Below are positions 1 to 12,813 of a DNA stretch of 64,000 bases, in pieces. How positions within the stretch are numbered: the stretch's first letter is position 1; the number at the start of each line of letters is the position of its first letter. The position numbers and the translations under genes are program-made. The notes below the pieces were generated by a model. That model was not told the origin of the DNA. It did not search any database and saw nothing but the letters and a program-made list of their open reading frames with translations. This DNA comes from Selaginella moellendorffii. Lineage: Eukaryota > Plantae > Lycopodiophyta. The stretch lies in NCBI RefSeq assembly GCF_000143415.4, contig NW_003314320.1, positions 734,819-798,818 of the forward strand. Direction: 5' to 3'.

Positions 1-395
1 CCAGAGACTAACTCCTGTACTAGGGGGAGCTTTGGGTGAAAGCCCAAAGCGTGTGTTCCTCAGGGGGTATAGGGGGTTCCAAATGTATAGTAGGGATAGT
101 CGTTGGAATGCTTGTCCAACCACCTAAGACATTAGTTTGGCTCCCGCTAGGTTGTGTGGTTCTTTATTCTACGTCCAGCTTGGGTCTAAGCCCAAACTCC
201 ATGCTGCTCTAGTCGGTGGGGTACCCTTCTCCTCACATTAGGCCACTGGTATGCCAAAATTGTGCCAGACTCCGTCTGACACCATTTTGCATGTATGTGC
301 TGGATACAGGGATCTAGTGCTCGTGGGATTGTATTGAACCCTCATTTCGTAGTGCAACAGATTTAGAGTTTGGCTCCAAATTCAGGTGCGCTACA
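1..395 (+). repeat. 3' part of the 5' LTR
   Basis: Ends ...gctaCA directly before the PBS and aligns with the 3' LTR, with roughly 15% differences by eye. Confidence 0.9.
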
Positions 396-397
396 TT

Positions 398-408
398 TGG
401 TATCAGAG
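398..408 (+). promoter_or_regulatory. Primer binding site for initiator tRNA-Met
   Basis: TGGTATCAGAG, 2 nt after the LTR end. Confidence 0.9.
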
Positions 409-3046
409 GAATTGTCTCAGCAATTCCTATCCAACTTTTGTCGGATTTTCTTACTCAAGTTGCATATACAGAGACTTTTGTAATAGATCCGAAGCGACCT
501 GTGTAGGATTAGTTAGATTGCACCATTCGGTAAGAATGTTGTATGCATGTTTAGTTACTGATAGAGGCATACATGCAACTAGCAGGATGGTGAAAAGGAA
601 CCGTGTTGACGATGTTGAAACCTCCAGACGGGCGAATTAAGAGGAGAAAACTCTTGCTAAAGATGCTGCAGAAGAGGCTTAGGCTGAGTCAGAAGAGGAA
701 GAGCCAGAAGCTGCGGTGCTGTAGCGCACAGCTCATGAAGTCGAGATCAAGAATTTGCGAAGGGAGATTTTCAAATTGAAGAAGGACAACAAGAAGAGGA
801 AGAAAGAAGCTGAGGCAACTAAACTAGCTAAACCTAAGCAACCAGACTCCTCTTCAAGTTCTAAGGATGATAAAGTTTTGCAACCACCCCCAGTTGCACG
901 AGTTTCAAAGTTCAAGCCTCTAAAACCACCCAATTTAAGAGGCATGTGGGACTATCAGATTTTGGAAGACTGGGTCTACAATATGGAAAATTATTTCACA
1001 GTGGCAGACGTAGATGATCGTACGAAAGTTGTGTGCACGCAATCCTTTCTCACCGATCATGCCAAAATTTAGTGGCACCAGGTGTGTGCTGAAAAAGAGC
1101 AGACTAGAAGTTGGACCAAGATGCAATCTCATATTCGTAAGGAATATTTGCTGGATGATCTTGGTTTGAGACTTCATGCGGAGCTGCGACAGTTAAAGCA
1201 ACAAAGGGACCTCATGCATTATGTTAATGTGTTTGCTCAAAAGTGCATTATGATTGTAAATATGAATGACGAAGATGCCCAGAGTTATTTCCTAGAGGGT
1301 TTAAGTTCACTTTCTTGCAATGAGATTTTGAAGTTTAAGCGAAAGACGTACCTGGAGTGTAAGGAGGCAGCGCAGCAAGTTGCCTTTAGCCATTCACTCA
1401 TGGAACAATATCAGCAGCCGCATGTTGGTACCTCGAACAAGAATAAGAATTCTAGGAATAAACAAGGTGACTGGAAATAGAGGGTGGAAGGCAGATACTG
1501 CCCTAGAGGCTCACAAGCTATAGTTAACAAAGGTGGTGGTGGTTGGAGACCACTAGCAGCTTCTTCTGATCCTAGGCCCTCTGTTCCTCCTCCTGGTGGG
1601 TACAAGCAACAACAACCTATGAAACCTACTCCTAGCGGAATGGGTAGTGTGGGCCATTGCTTCCATTGTGGAGAGTCAGGACATAGGTCCTCAGAATGTC
1701 CCAACAAGCATAATACTAATGTCATGAGGGAAGACAGTGGTGGTGAAGCTGAAGGGGTTGACGAGTTGGTCAATGTAGACTATGAGGAAGAGGAGGTGAG
1801 TTACTTTCGTTGCTTTCCTCAAGCTTTTCTCGCAGTTAATGCAAACACTGATCCATTGATGTATCTGGTAGGCTTTGTCCGCAGACACCGAATGCGAGTG
1901 ATGATTGATACAGGAGCTATGTACAGTGTGATATCCAAAGACGTAGTTAAGTTGTTAGGATTTAATGCTGAGCAAATGTTCGCCTATACACTTTCCGGTT
2001 TGCAGAAGGTGGGCAAGTAGCCCGAAAATTTGTGAGTGATGTTTCCATAAAAATATTTAAGTGGAAAGAAAGAGTGGACTTGGTAGTGTTGAAGATACCA
2101 AATTTTCAGATGGTGTTTGGTATGGACTTTTTCCACAAATACATAAAAGTGATTTATGGTGTTGGACAAAGTTGTATCACATTGAAGTCCAAAGGATATT
2201 CCTAATGTATCCTTCCAATTGCAAGTGCTCCTTCAAAGGATTGGGATGCAAAGTTCCTAACTGCAAGGGCCACTCAAAAAGTAGCTAAGAGGGGATGTCG
2301 GACTTTTTGGGTTCAAGTGATGGAAGCTGACGCGTGTTGGTGACTCAGTTCGAATTAGTGACAGAGTTGATGCTGTACCAACTAAGATATTGGAGTTGTT
2401 GGCAAGGAATTAGGATATTTTTTTGAAGGATTTACCACTAGGGCTACCTCCTAGCCATGATGTTGATCATCGGATTGAGGTTATTCTGGGTTTTAAACCA
2501 CCTACAAAGGCTTTATATCGATTGAACATCAAGGAAATGGCTGAACTCAAGAAGCAACTCACAAAGCTTCTTGACAAAGGTCATATCCGACCAAGCAAAT
2601 CACCTTATGGAGTGTCGGTCCTTTTGTTATGAAAAAGGATGGAACCATGAAGATGTGTATTGACTATTGGGCACTCAACAAGATCACAGTTAAAAATAGT
2701 TATCCTTTGCCTCACAGCGATGACTTATTTGACCAACTCTTAAAGGCTAAGTATTTTACGTGACTTGATTTGCGGTCTGGGTATCATTAGATACGGGTGG
2801 CAAATCAGGATGTGGAGAAGACAACCTTTAAGACTCGGTACGGATCTTATGAGTTCCTTGTCATGCCGTTCGGGTTATGCAATGCTTCAGCAACGTTCAG
2901 CACTATGATGGATAAAATATTCGAAGATTATTTAGACACATTTGTTGTCCTATACATCGACGATGTTCTAGTCTTTAGTGAAATGTTGGAGGATCATTTG
3001 AAACACTTGGAACTGGTGTTTCAAAAGTTATGCGAACATAAACTGT

Positions 3047-4824
3047 TGTAAGTGACTAATTTTTCCATTCTACTTTAGTCACTTAACCATACCTTCAACC
3101 ACTTGGAGGAGTCTCACTCACAACCTCCATAAATTCCATTCTGGACTTAGGGACTTGCTAACCCTAACAATGACATCCATGCCACTCAATCATTACACTT
3201 GGTGCAAGTGCTCCACGTGTCCGATCCCAAGACTGACACCCAAAGGTACCACTAACATATCAGCCTGTTATGCTAAGGCCATGCCCATTCACCTTTGCCA
3301 CACTCGTGGTCCAATACCACTTGCATCACAGTCCCGTCTCTCCAAGACTGGGCCATCCTAGATCCACTCCTTAGCATCCTTAGGATGCCCCCAGATATGG
3401 GGAATAACCTTCTCCAATATCCCTTTTGTCAGTTCCTACCAAGTCCCTTTTCCGTCCATGGCTATATTCGCCAACACTGCCACTAGATCAAGGCCCGCAG
3501 GCCCGGCCACTAAGTCTCATTGTCCTCTAGGACTTCCTCACCATGTGACCGTATCCTTAGTCACTACACTAGAGGACTGCTCCTCCTCCTTTCCCTCGTT
3601 TGGGACTTCGGGACACATTTCGGAACACCGAGGCCCTACGCGAGCCCCATGGGTACTCTTCCCACCTTCCGCCTTTAGGTGCTCTAGCCATGGGCTTAGA
3701 GCAAGGTTATGTTGAGCCACACTAGGTATCCAAGTAGGTAGTGCCACCCACACTTGGACTGGGAGCATTGACCATTCAATCTCCCGAGGGAACTAGAGTT
3801 GGCTCTTGAACACTTCACCAAGCTACCCCGCTTGACAGTCCATATTCACTCTAGTCTTGGACCTCTCAATGGTTATCCTATCACTCAACACCTACGTACA
3901 GCCTTCTTGGGCCAAACTGGCCTTTCCTGGCCAAATTGGCTCCACTGGAGTCCTCCCCCTTACTATACTTTTGGAGCTCACCAAACCCCCCAGAGTCTGG
4001 GAGACAAACGCTTTTGGCTTTCACCCTCTCAGACTCAAACTCGGACTCGGACTCTAACTTCGACTCAGACTTGGACTCGGACTCCGACTCAGACTTGGAC
4101 TCGGACTCCGACTTAGACTCGGACTCGGACTCGGCCTCGGTCTCAGTCTCAGTCTTGCTGAATCTTGTAGAGAATAGAGCCCCGATCGAGCCAATGGAGG
4201 AAGGAGACGCGGAAAGTTTCAGCTGTTTGCCTGTCTTGCTTCCTAAGTACTGGGACAAAGATGGCGATTCGATGACGATCCAAGAACAGGATTCAGGTTG
4301 TTATCTCTACAGGCGTTTTGAGACACTTACTTAATTCGTCCTGATCTCGGTCCCAATCTCGGTCCCGGTCTCGACTTTGGACTCCATCTCGAGTCCTTCT
4401 CGGACTCCATCTCGGTCCATCTTGGACTCCATCTTGGGTCCATCTCAAACTCCATCTCGGGTCCATCTCGAACTCATCTCGGACTCCATCTTGGACTCCA
4501 TCTCGGGTCTATCTCGGACTCCATCTCAGGTCCATCTCAGACTCCATCTCAGACACCATCTCAGACTCCATTTCGGACTCTATCTCAGGTCCATCTCGGA
4601 CTCTATCTCGAACTCCATCTCGGGTCCATTTCTTAAAGACTCACTTATTGCTTGCTCCGTGCTTGTTCCTTGAGCACTTCATTGGGACTTCCACTCCCGC
4701 TTTCAACCCTTCAAGTTGGAGCTTTTAGTCCAAACGTGTTACACTCGTTTGGCTTTTGCTTCGGCCACTACCACATGGCAGCCTTTTGGCTCCACTTTGG
4801 GGCCTAGGGATTTTGTGTCTCACA
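3047..4824 (-). mobile_element. Solo LTR of a tandem-repeat-rich family inserted in the host RT
   Basis: TG...CA ends and 5-bp TSD ACTGT (3042-3046 / 4825-4829). Removing it restores RT EHKLYTKESKCAFG. Strand is inferred from the motif shared with the host LTR. Confidence 0.9.
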
Positions 4825-5398
4825 ACTGTATACTAAGGAAAGTAAATGTGCTTTTGGACAATTGCGCGTAAACTTTCTCGGACATATAGTTAGTGGTGGT
4901 GTAATTGAGGTTGATCCAAAGAAGGTGGAAGCGGTGAAGTCTTGGGAAGTCCCGACCACTGTATTAGATGTTTGTTCCTTTCTCGGTTTGGTGGGATACT
5001 ATCGTAAGTTTGTTCACAATTTTACAAGAATTGCTCTTCCATTGACTAAGTTGACAAAGAGTAATATTCCGTTTCATTAGACACCAGCTTGTTAGTGTGC
5101 TTTTGTATGATTGAAGGAGATCTTGACTACAGTTCCTGTTCTCAGGATCCCAGATCTTGATAAACCCTTTGAAGTGCATTATGATGCATCTGGCTATGTT
5201 ATTGATGCCGTGTTATAGCAAGATTGTGACAAAGAAATTAGTGTTACGCTAAGGCAATATGGTTATCCCGTTGCGTTCTATTCCAAGAAATTGGATGAAA
5301 CTCAATGAAGATGGCCAATGCATGAGAAAGAGATGTTTGCTATAGTGTCGGCCCTGAAACACTGGAGACATTACTTGGGTGGACACACCAAGGTTTAT

Positions 5399-6403
5399 AA
5401 CCTCCATAAGTCCAATCCAGGGCTTGGGACTTGGGACTTGCTAGCCCCGAGAATGGCATCCATGCCACTCAACATTTGCACTTGGTCCAAGTGCTCCACG
5501 TGTCCGATCCCATGACCGACACTCAAAGGTACCACCGACATAGCAGCCCGTTACGCTAAGGCCATGCCCAATCACCTTTGCCACACTGGTAGTCCAATAC
5601 CACTTGCATCACCGTCTTGGCTCTCCAAGACTAGGCAAACCATCCGTGAGTGGTCATCTCAGATCCACTCCTTAGCATCCTTAGGATGCCCACCGACAAG
5701 GGGAATAGCCTTCCCCAATATCCCTCTGTCAGTCCCCACTAAGTCCCTTTTTGCCCCTGGCCGTGTTTGCCAACACTGCCACTGGATCGAGACCCACAGG
5801 CCCGACCACTAAGTCCCACGGTCCTCTGGGACTTCCTCACCACACGACTGTGTCCTTGGTCACTACCCCAGAGGACTGCTCCTCTTCCTTTCCACAGTCT
5901 GGGCCTTTGGGACAACATTTCGGAACACCGTGGCCTTACGCGAGCCACCTGAGTACTCTCCTCGCCTTCTGCCCTTGGGTGCTCTAGCCATGGGCTTAGA
6001 GCGGGTTCCGTTGAGCCACACTAGGTATCCAAGTAGGTAGTGCCACCCACACTTGGACTGGGAGCATCGGCCAGTCGATCTCCCGGGGGAACTAAAGCCG
6101 GCTCTTGAACACACCCCGCTTGTCGGTCTGTGTTCACTCTAGTCTTGGACTTCCCAGTGGGCAGCTCATCACCCAACACTGGGTCTGGCCTTCCTGGGCC
6201 AAACTGGCCTTTCCTGGCCAAACTGGCTCCACTGCAGTCCTCCCCCTACTATACTTTTGGAGCTCACCAAACCCCCCAGGGTCTGGGAGACGAACGCTTT
6301 GGGCTTTCACCCTCTCAGGCTCCGGACTCGGACTCGGACTCGGACTCGGACTCGGATTCGGATTCGGACTCGGCCTCGGCCTCGGTCTCGGTCTCGGTCC
6401 CGA

Positions 6404-6438
<35 letters not shown>

Positions 6439-7016
6439 ACTTCGGACTCCATCTCGGACTCCATCTCGGACTCCATCTCGGGTCCATCTCGGGTCCATCT
6501 CGGACTCCATCTCGGGTCCATCTCGGACTCCATCTCGGACTCCATCTCGGACTCCATTTCGGGTCCATCTCGGACTCCATCTCGGACTCCATTTTGGGTC
6601 CATCTCGGGTCCATCTCGGACTCCATCTCGGACTCCATCTCGGGTCCATCTCGGACTCCATCTCAGACTCCATCTCGGGTCCATCTCGGACTCCATTTCG
6701 GGTCCATCTCGGGTCCATCTCGGACTCCACTTCGAACTCCAACTCGGGTCCACCTCGGACTCCACTTCGGACTCCATCTCGGACACTCCCACATGTCATG
6801 TGTTGGTCCTTTTGGGTCCCTTTTTGGAGCCTCGCCTTTTGCTCGCTTCGTGCTCGTTCCTCGAGCACTTCATTGGGAGTTCCACTCCCGCTCTTGACTT
6901 TTCAAGTCGGAGCTTTTGGTCCAAACGTATTACGCTCGTTTGGCTCTTGCTTCGGCCACTACTATGTGGCGCCCTTCCGGCTCCAATTTTGGGGCCTAGG
7001 GATTTTGTGTCTCACA
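5399..7016 (-). mobile_element. Second copy of the same LTR, one end deleted
   Basis: Aligns with 3122-4824 and ends ctcaCA. The other ~75 bp and the host RNase H-to-integrase segment are missing. Confidence 0.88.
6323..6785. repeat. Compound tandem repeat (GGACTC)n, (GGTCTC)n, then 12-mer GGACTCCATCTC/GGGTCCATCTC
   Basis: Directly visible. Decayed equivalents lie at ~4031-4630, 52400-52650 (reverse) and 55290-55700. Confidence 0.95.
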
Positions 7017-8436
7017 CTTCGTTGAAAAAGGGATTTTTCTAGTATGGAAGGTGATGTGGTGGACTATGTCTGTTCCTACCCTATATGCCAGCAATGTAAA
7101 CGCAAAGCTGAGAAGCAGGCTGGAAAGTTGCAGTGCATTCCAGCATCGGCATGGCCATTTTAGAGTGTGACACTTGATTTCATCACTTGCTTGCCGAAGT
7201 CTAAGGGTTATAATACTTTGATGGTGGTTGTGGATCGGTTGTCGAAGATTGCACACTTCATTCCAACTGTGGGAACAGTAAATGTGAAACAAGCAGCAAA
7301 GCTCTTTTTCCATGAAGTAGTGTGGGTTTGTGGTCTTCTTAAAGAGATGATCTCGAATAGAGATTCAAGATTTACGGGGAAGTTTTGGGGCACACTATTC
7401 CAATTGTTTGGTACTAAGTTGAAGTTTAGTACAGCTTATCATCCTCAAGCTGATGGGCAGACTGAACGTGTGAATGCTCAAGTAGACGATTATCTACGAT
7501 ACTATATTGCAGTGGACCAATGCGACTGGGTTGAGCATTTGGACATAGTAGAAATCTATTATAACAACACATTTCATAGCGCTATATGCTGTTCTCCATG
7601 GGAGATGCTGCAAGGGAATGCTCGTGGGGTGCCTCAACAGATTGTTGTACCGAAACCAATGTCCGAACTGTTGGTCCCGGCTATTGAGACTTATACAGAG
7701 CAGCTACGCCAAGGTTGGTCTAGAGCTACTGAGGCGATGGGCAAAGCTCAAGATAGGTATCAGTGTGATAAGGATCAACATCATCAGGATGTATCCTATC
7801 AAGTGGGAGATCAAGTGTGGCTATCTTCCAGAAACTTGAACATTAAGGGTTTTTTGTCTCGAAAGCTTTTGCTAAGATATGTTGGACCCTATCAGATATT
7901 AAAACGCATTGGTGATGTATCCTATTAGTTGGATCTGCCTGCAGAGATGTCCAATGTTCATAATGTATTTCATGCCAATCTATTGGCTCCTTATGCTATG
8001 GATGTTGCATGTCAAAGGGAGATTCGTTCACCACCAGACGTTGTGGACGGTGAACCAGAATACGAAGTTGAAACTATCTTGGATTCCCGGTTTCGGAGAC
8101 AAGCTCATGCAAAGGAATACTTAGTTAAATGGAAAGGTTATCCGACTTGTGAATCAACTTGGGAACCTCTTAGGAATCATACACATGCTCATAAGCTTGT
8201 CACGGAGTATGAGAATCGTAATAAAGAATAGTTTTGTAACTCTTATAATAAATCTTGCAAATCAATAAAGTAATATCTTTTTTTATAAATGAAAGTTTCA
8301 TTTTTCTCATTAGTATTTAGGTCAGTATTGGCAGGCTGACTTCGGCACTTCGGTGCATGGGTCCAATCCATAACCATGGGGATACCTATTATAGACTGAT
8401 CACAAGTCCTTGCCTCTCTCTCGATGACTCATTTTT

Positions 8437-8450
8437 GAAAAGGGGCATGG
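8437..8450 (+). promoter_or_regulatory. Polypurine tract
   Basis: GAAAAGGGGCATGG just before the inferred 3' LTR start TGTAAAC. Confidence 0.6.
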
Positions 8451-8453
8451 TCG

Positions 8454-9751
8454 TGTAAACAACTTAATCTGCCAATTTATAGTAGTTGTCTAAATCTTCC
8501 CGACAGGGTTAATTTCTTGCTCAGGGGCAGTTAGGCCTCTAGCCTTCTCTCTATGTCTCTATGGGTAGGGATCTATCATTCCTTTGTAAGCCGAGTGGTA
8601 CTTGGAGCAGCAAGGGTGGCTAACTCCATTAGTCATTTCCTTGTCGGCGACGGCCGGAGGATGTCTGAGTCTTAACGTCTTTGGACGTAGAGGAGAGGTC
8701 ATTCCATAACTCATTTAAGTTGCTGTGTTTCCCATATAGTGTGCTTTCCATTAACTTTCGGAGTTGTTTCCTTGATGGTTTGCTAGACTCAGGTATGCAT
8801 CGACGAGGACGTCGATCTTCCCTAACGGGGGGAAAGTGTCGCGAATGTGACTTCAGGTATTAAAAGATACTTGTCGGCCAATCCTTATGGACACTCTTTC
8901 CTTACTGTTATGACGGCAGGAGGTCGGTAAAGTTGGATCGCTTTGGTAGCCCCTCTTGTGCTAGTGGAGTTAACTAGGTATTTCGAGTGTACTTAGACCA
9001 AACGAGCATAAGGACGGAATTCTTACGTCTATTAGCTAAGCATATTTAGCCCGATAAGGAGTTCCTGTCTTGTTATGTCTTGCATTGGCTAGTGACAAAA
9101 ACCCTCGCGTATTGAGACTAGTCCCTCAATATCACTGAATGATAGTTTACTGTATCTGCCAAACACCCTTGCTATCATGCCCTTTATATTAGTCTCATTT
9201 CGGTCCCAAATGCTATTTATGGAAAGTGTTTAGATTCGCTCATTTGGCATATCTACAAAATATAGAGATCAGCCTGAACACAATGGTGTTCGTCTTGTGT
9301 CTAAATTTGCAATCTAAGGACATTTCATATTTAGTAAGTTTCAAGCTTGTCCCAGAGACTAACTCCTGGTACTAAGGAAGGCTTAGGGTGAAAGCCCAAA
9401 GCATGTGTTCCTTAAAGGGGGGTTATAGAGGGTTCCAAATGTATAATAGGGATAGTGGTTGGAATGCATGTTCGACCACCTGAAACATTAGTTTGGCTTT
9501 CGCTTGGCTGTGTCGCTCTTTGTTCTGCATCCGGCTTAGGTTTAAGCCCAAGCTCCACATTGCTCTAGTCAGTGGGGTACCCTTCTCCTTGCATTAGGCC
9601 ACTGGTATGCCAAAATTGTGCCCACCTTTGTTTGACACCATTTTGCATGTAGGTGCTGGATATGGGGAGTTGGTGCTTATGGAATTGTACCAAACCCTCA
9701 TTTCGTAGCACAATGAGCTTGGAGTTTAGCTCCAAATTCAAGTGCACTACA
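8454..9751 (+). repeat. 3' LTR (~1.3 kb)
   Basis: TG after the PPT; ends actaCA. Its last 400 bp match 1-295 and onward to 395. Confidence 0.8.
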
Positions 9752-10299
9752 CTTAGGCTAGATATTAGGAACAATCATTTAGTTCTTTTACTTCTAAATT
9801 CTAAGAGAGCTTGGATTCTTTAGATGTTAAGAAATAAATTTAAACATAGTGTTGCAAGGGAATCTGAGATTATATGAAAATCAGTCTTTAATTAGAATTG
9901 CCAACGCCTGTTATATCCAATCTCAATAATAAATCTACACTAAACACTTGAAATAATCTCTAAATATACCTAGAAATATGCCTAAAATCTAAATTCAACA
10001 AAGGGAACACCCAAACTCTAATGCGGCAAGAACCCCTAGGCTATGATGTGGAAAAAATGCATAGGCTGCAAGCTAGAGAAGAAAAACCAAGTCTTATATA
10101 TAGATAAAAGAATATGAATTGATGTTGAGAGCTAAGATGCTAGCAAGAATTAAAAACCAAAGAAGAGAAATAAGAATAAGGTATTAAGTTTAAAAATACA
10201 AAAAAAACAATAAGGGAAAAACTGTGGGATCAAACTAAAGTCTAAACCTAAGAAAATGGAGAAAATAGGAAATGACAAAAGATTAAAAAAAAAAAAAAC

Positions 10300-12030
10300 A
10301 AGATAAGGAAGATAGTCCCAAACTTTTTAGCCTTTAAACATATATAGCATTGCACTTTAAATACTTTTGTCCTATGAAATAAAGGAGAAAAAGAAGGGAT
10401 GTATTGTCTAAGGATGTAAATGGATAGATAGAAAAGTGAGAGAAATGCCACTTTTAGTGATGACTAAAGCCTATGATAAATCCCTATAAATTAAAAAAAG
10501 AGGCAAATTATTAATACAAATAGATTATCTACACTAAAAACTAATGCTCATTAAGAGAGGTGGAATGGGATAGAAGCCACTCTGAAAGATAAACTTAGGT
10601 GCTTCTAACCAACCACTATAAATCTGAACTTGTTGTTAAGTTGAAATTGCTATGCTAATCAGGTTATGGCTGTAATTTATATAATAATTAATATTTAGCT
10701 GGAACTTAGATGAGTAAGCTGAATATGGAAAACCATTGAATAAAATGTCAAGCAAGTTGTGGTGTCATAAAAATGAATGGAAGTGGCAATGCTATAGACA
10801 ATGATTAGAAGCAATAATAATGAGAGAAATGGTAAAATTAATGAAGAGGAAAAACCAGTTTTCTCACTTTATTTTTATGCCCTTCACTTCAAGTAGTTCA
10901 ATTATAGGAATGCTCTTAAACCATGGTTCTTAGCCTCAGATTATTTTTATTTTGATAATCTGTAAGATTTGAGTTTTTTAGATCATGCTAAGAGTTTCTA
11001 GCCTAGCTCTTGTTTGGTTTTTACAAAAAATCTTGCTTGGGGTTGAAGAGCACAATGAGGTTGATAATCATAAATAACCTCTTTAGCAATCCCACTGCTG
11101 CAGTAGTGCTCAAAAGTAAAGAATTAAGAGGAAAACAAAAAAAGCATAATGAAAAAGAAAGGGGAAGAAAGCATACAATGCTTGATTGTTTAAGGTGATA
11201 ATAATGCATACAAAAGATCATGTTATATCTAAGTTTCCAATTGTTAAATATCATTTATAGCTTGAGGTTGATAACTGCCCCTTCACTGATTATAGGCTCT
11301 TCCATGGCATGGGATGCATGAAAAAGGGCATTGTTACAAATGTGACAAAGGTGTGCATAAATTGCATCCACCATCTTTGTTACTATGAAACTAAATTTTA
11401 CTCTATATTTAAGACAACATAAAAGTTGTTGCTCCTCAAAATCCTTAATCTTATGTTTGCTTTTGCAATCCAGAAACTTACATGCAACAAACCTAATATC
11501 TTGTCTAATGGATGAAGAATCTGTAAAGGAGTCCCCTAAAGGCTATTCTAAAAATCTATTTGTCAAAAAGCCAAAGAAAGTGAACTTGCAAGTGAACTAC
11601 CACAGAAAGTGAACTTGCATTGATAAAGGTCATGGAACCCAAAAGAATTCCTAAAATAACAAGTCAACACCTTGGGATGGATAGATCTCTTCCAAAAGTC
11701 TCCAAGAGTTACCTCTAGGGAAGACTTTCCTACCATCAAATACTAGCAAACCAAACTTATGAATTTTGATTTGCTCCAAAGGTTGAAAATCCTCCTTAGG
11801 CCTCTTCTGTTTGTTGTATATAGTTAGATCAACATTAGAATCTTGGGAATTTTTGTGATTGGTTGATCTTGACTAGGTTCTAAGAGTTAATATAGGAGGA
11901 GTAATATGAAAATATTATCTAGTCAGATTCCAAATAAGTGATAAAATTGCAATCCATAACCTTGGTTTTTGACAACCATGAGAATGCAATTAAACCTAAG
12001 TTGTAAAGTGGAATTTGTGGAGTCATGAGA
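10300..12030 (-). mobile_element. Possible highly decayed LINE remnant
   Basis: AT-rich. The minus strand near 10890 can be read as a broken (W)(N)VKGIKNKVRK, resembling the start of an APE endonuclease. Weak. Confidence 0.25.
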
Positions 12031-12813
12031 AGGTGATGAAAGACTTCTAAAAACGAAAAAGGATAAATGTAATGGGAGGGGAATAGATAGATTGTGTAAG
12101 GAATGGAAAATTATTTTTTGGAGGATAACTAAAGCAATCTATGAATATAGAACTCTTGTTATAAATCATATCTAGAAAAATGAGTGGTAAATCTAGAGGC
12201 TATCAAACATGTCAATCATCATTATACTTCTTTGCCAATAATTTGTACAAACTCATACAAAACTAGCAAAGAAATTCTAGACATATGGTAAGGCTCAGCA
12301 AGTTGGGAATGTATAACTTTTTACTTGAGGTGTAGCTACATTGGGTGTGAGTTTGATCAATGCAAATGCTTTTGTGGCGATTCTGGCTCATCTTACATAG
12401 TAGCATGGATTATGCCTGAGCTTGACAAGTTTCGAGTGAATGCCATGGTGGTGCTTATAGCTCTCTCTTGCTTAGGTACATAGAAAATTGCTACAGGCCA
12501 CAGGGATGATCAGGGAACTAAAAATCCAATAATCATAAGAATTTAAAAGCAAAAAAGATCTAGAGACTACAAAAACATGTAGATCAAATAAAAAACTAAA
12601 TGTTGTTTGCTATGAACCTTTTCATTTTCTCTAGAACTCACTTTGGAATTCAAATACTCCATAGCTGAAAAGTGAGGCATCAAGATTGCAAGCAACCTAT
12701 CTTTACTTCAATAATGAATTTATTCTAAACACTTAGAGTATATTCTAAAATACTAAATGTCCCACATATCAAAGTAAGTGTAAGACTGAAATGCTCTTTT
12801 TTCTTGGCAGAAT

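Larger units (their letters stand above)
1..9751 (+). mobile_element. Degenerate Ty3/gypsy chromovirus LTR retrotransposon (5' LTR cut by the window edge)
   Basis: Gag fragments 755-1480, zinc knuckle CFHCGESGHRSSEC (~1657), protease IDTGA (~1903), RT LYIDD (~2950), RNase H (~5170-5395), integrase (7167-7928) and chromodomain EYEVETILDSR...YLVKWKGY...STWEP (~8058-8170). Many stops and frameshifts. Bases 1-395 match 9352-9751. Confidence 0.95.

Noticed and set aside
29-100. Resemblance of AAGCCCAAAGCG to a pistol ribozyme, or of GAAA to a hammerhead core
   Set aside because: There is no room for pistol P1/P2 between GGG and CCC and no CUGANGA box. It is kept only as an unassigned structured motif.
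6440-6785. CRISPR-like periodic array
   Set aside because: There are no unique spacers and no cas genes; it is a eukaryotic minisatellite.
6105-7042. Long ORFs with SD, RS, GL and ESEM repeats, resembling SR proteins or SD-repeat adhesins
   Set aside because: They are translations of the stop-poor LTR tandem array in several frames and are not conserved between LTR copies.
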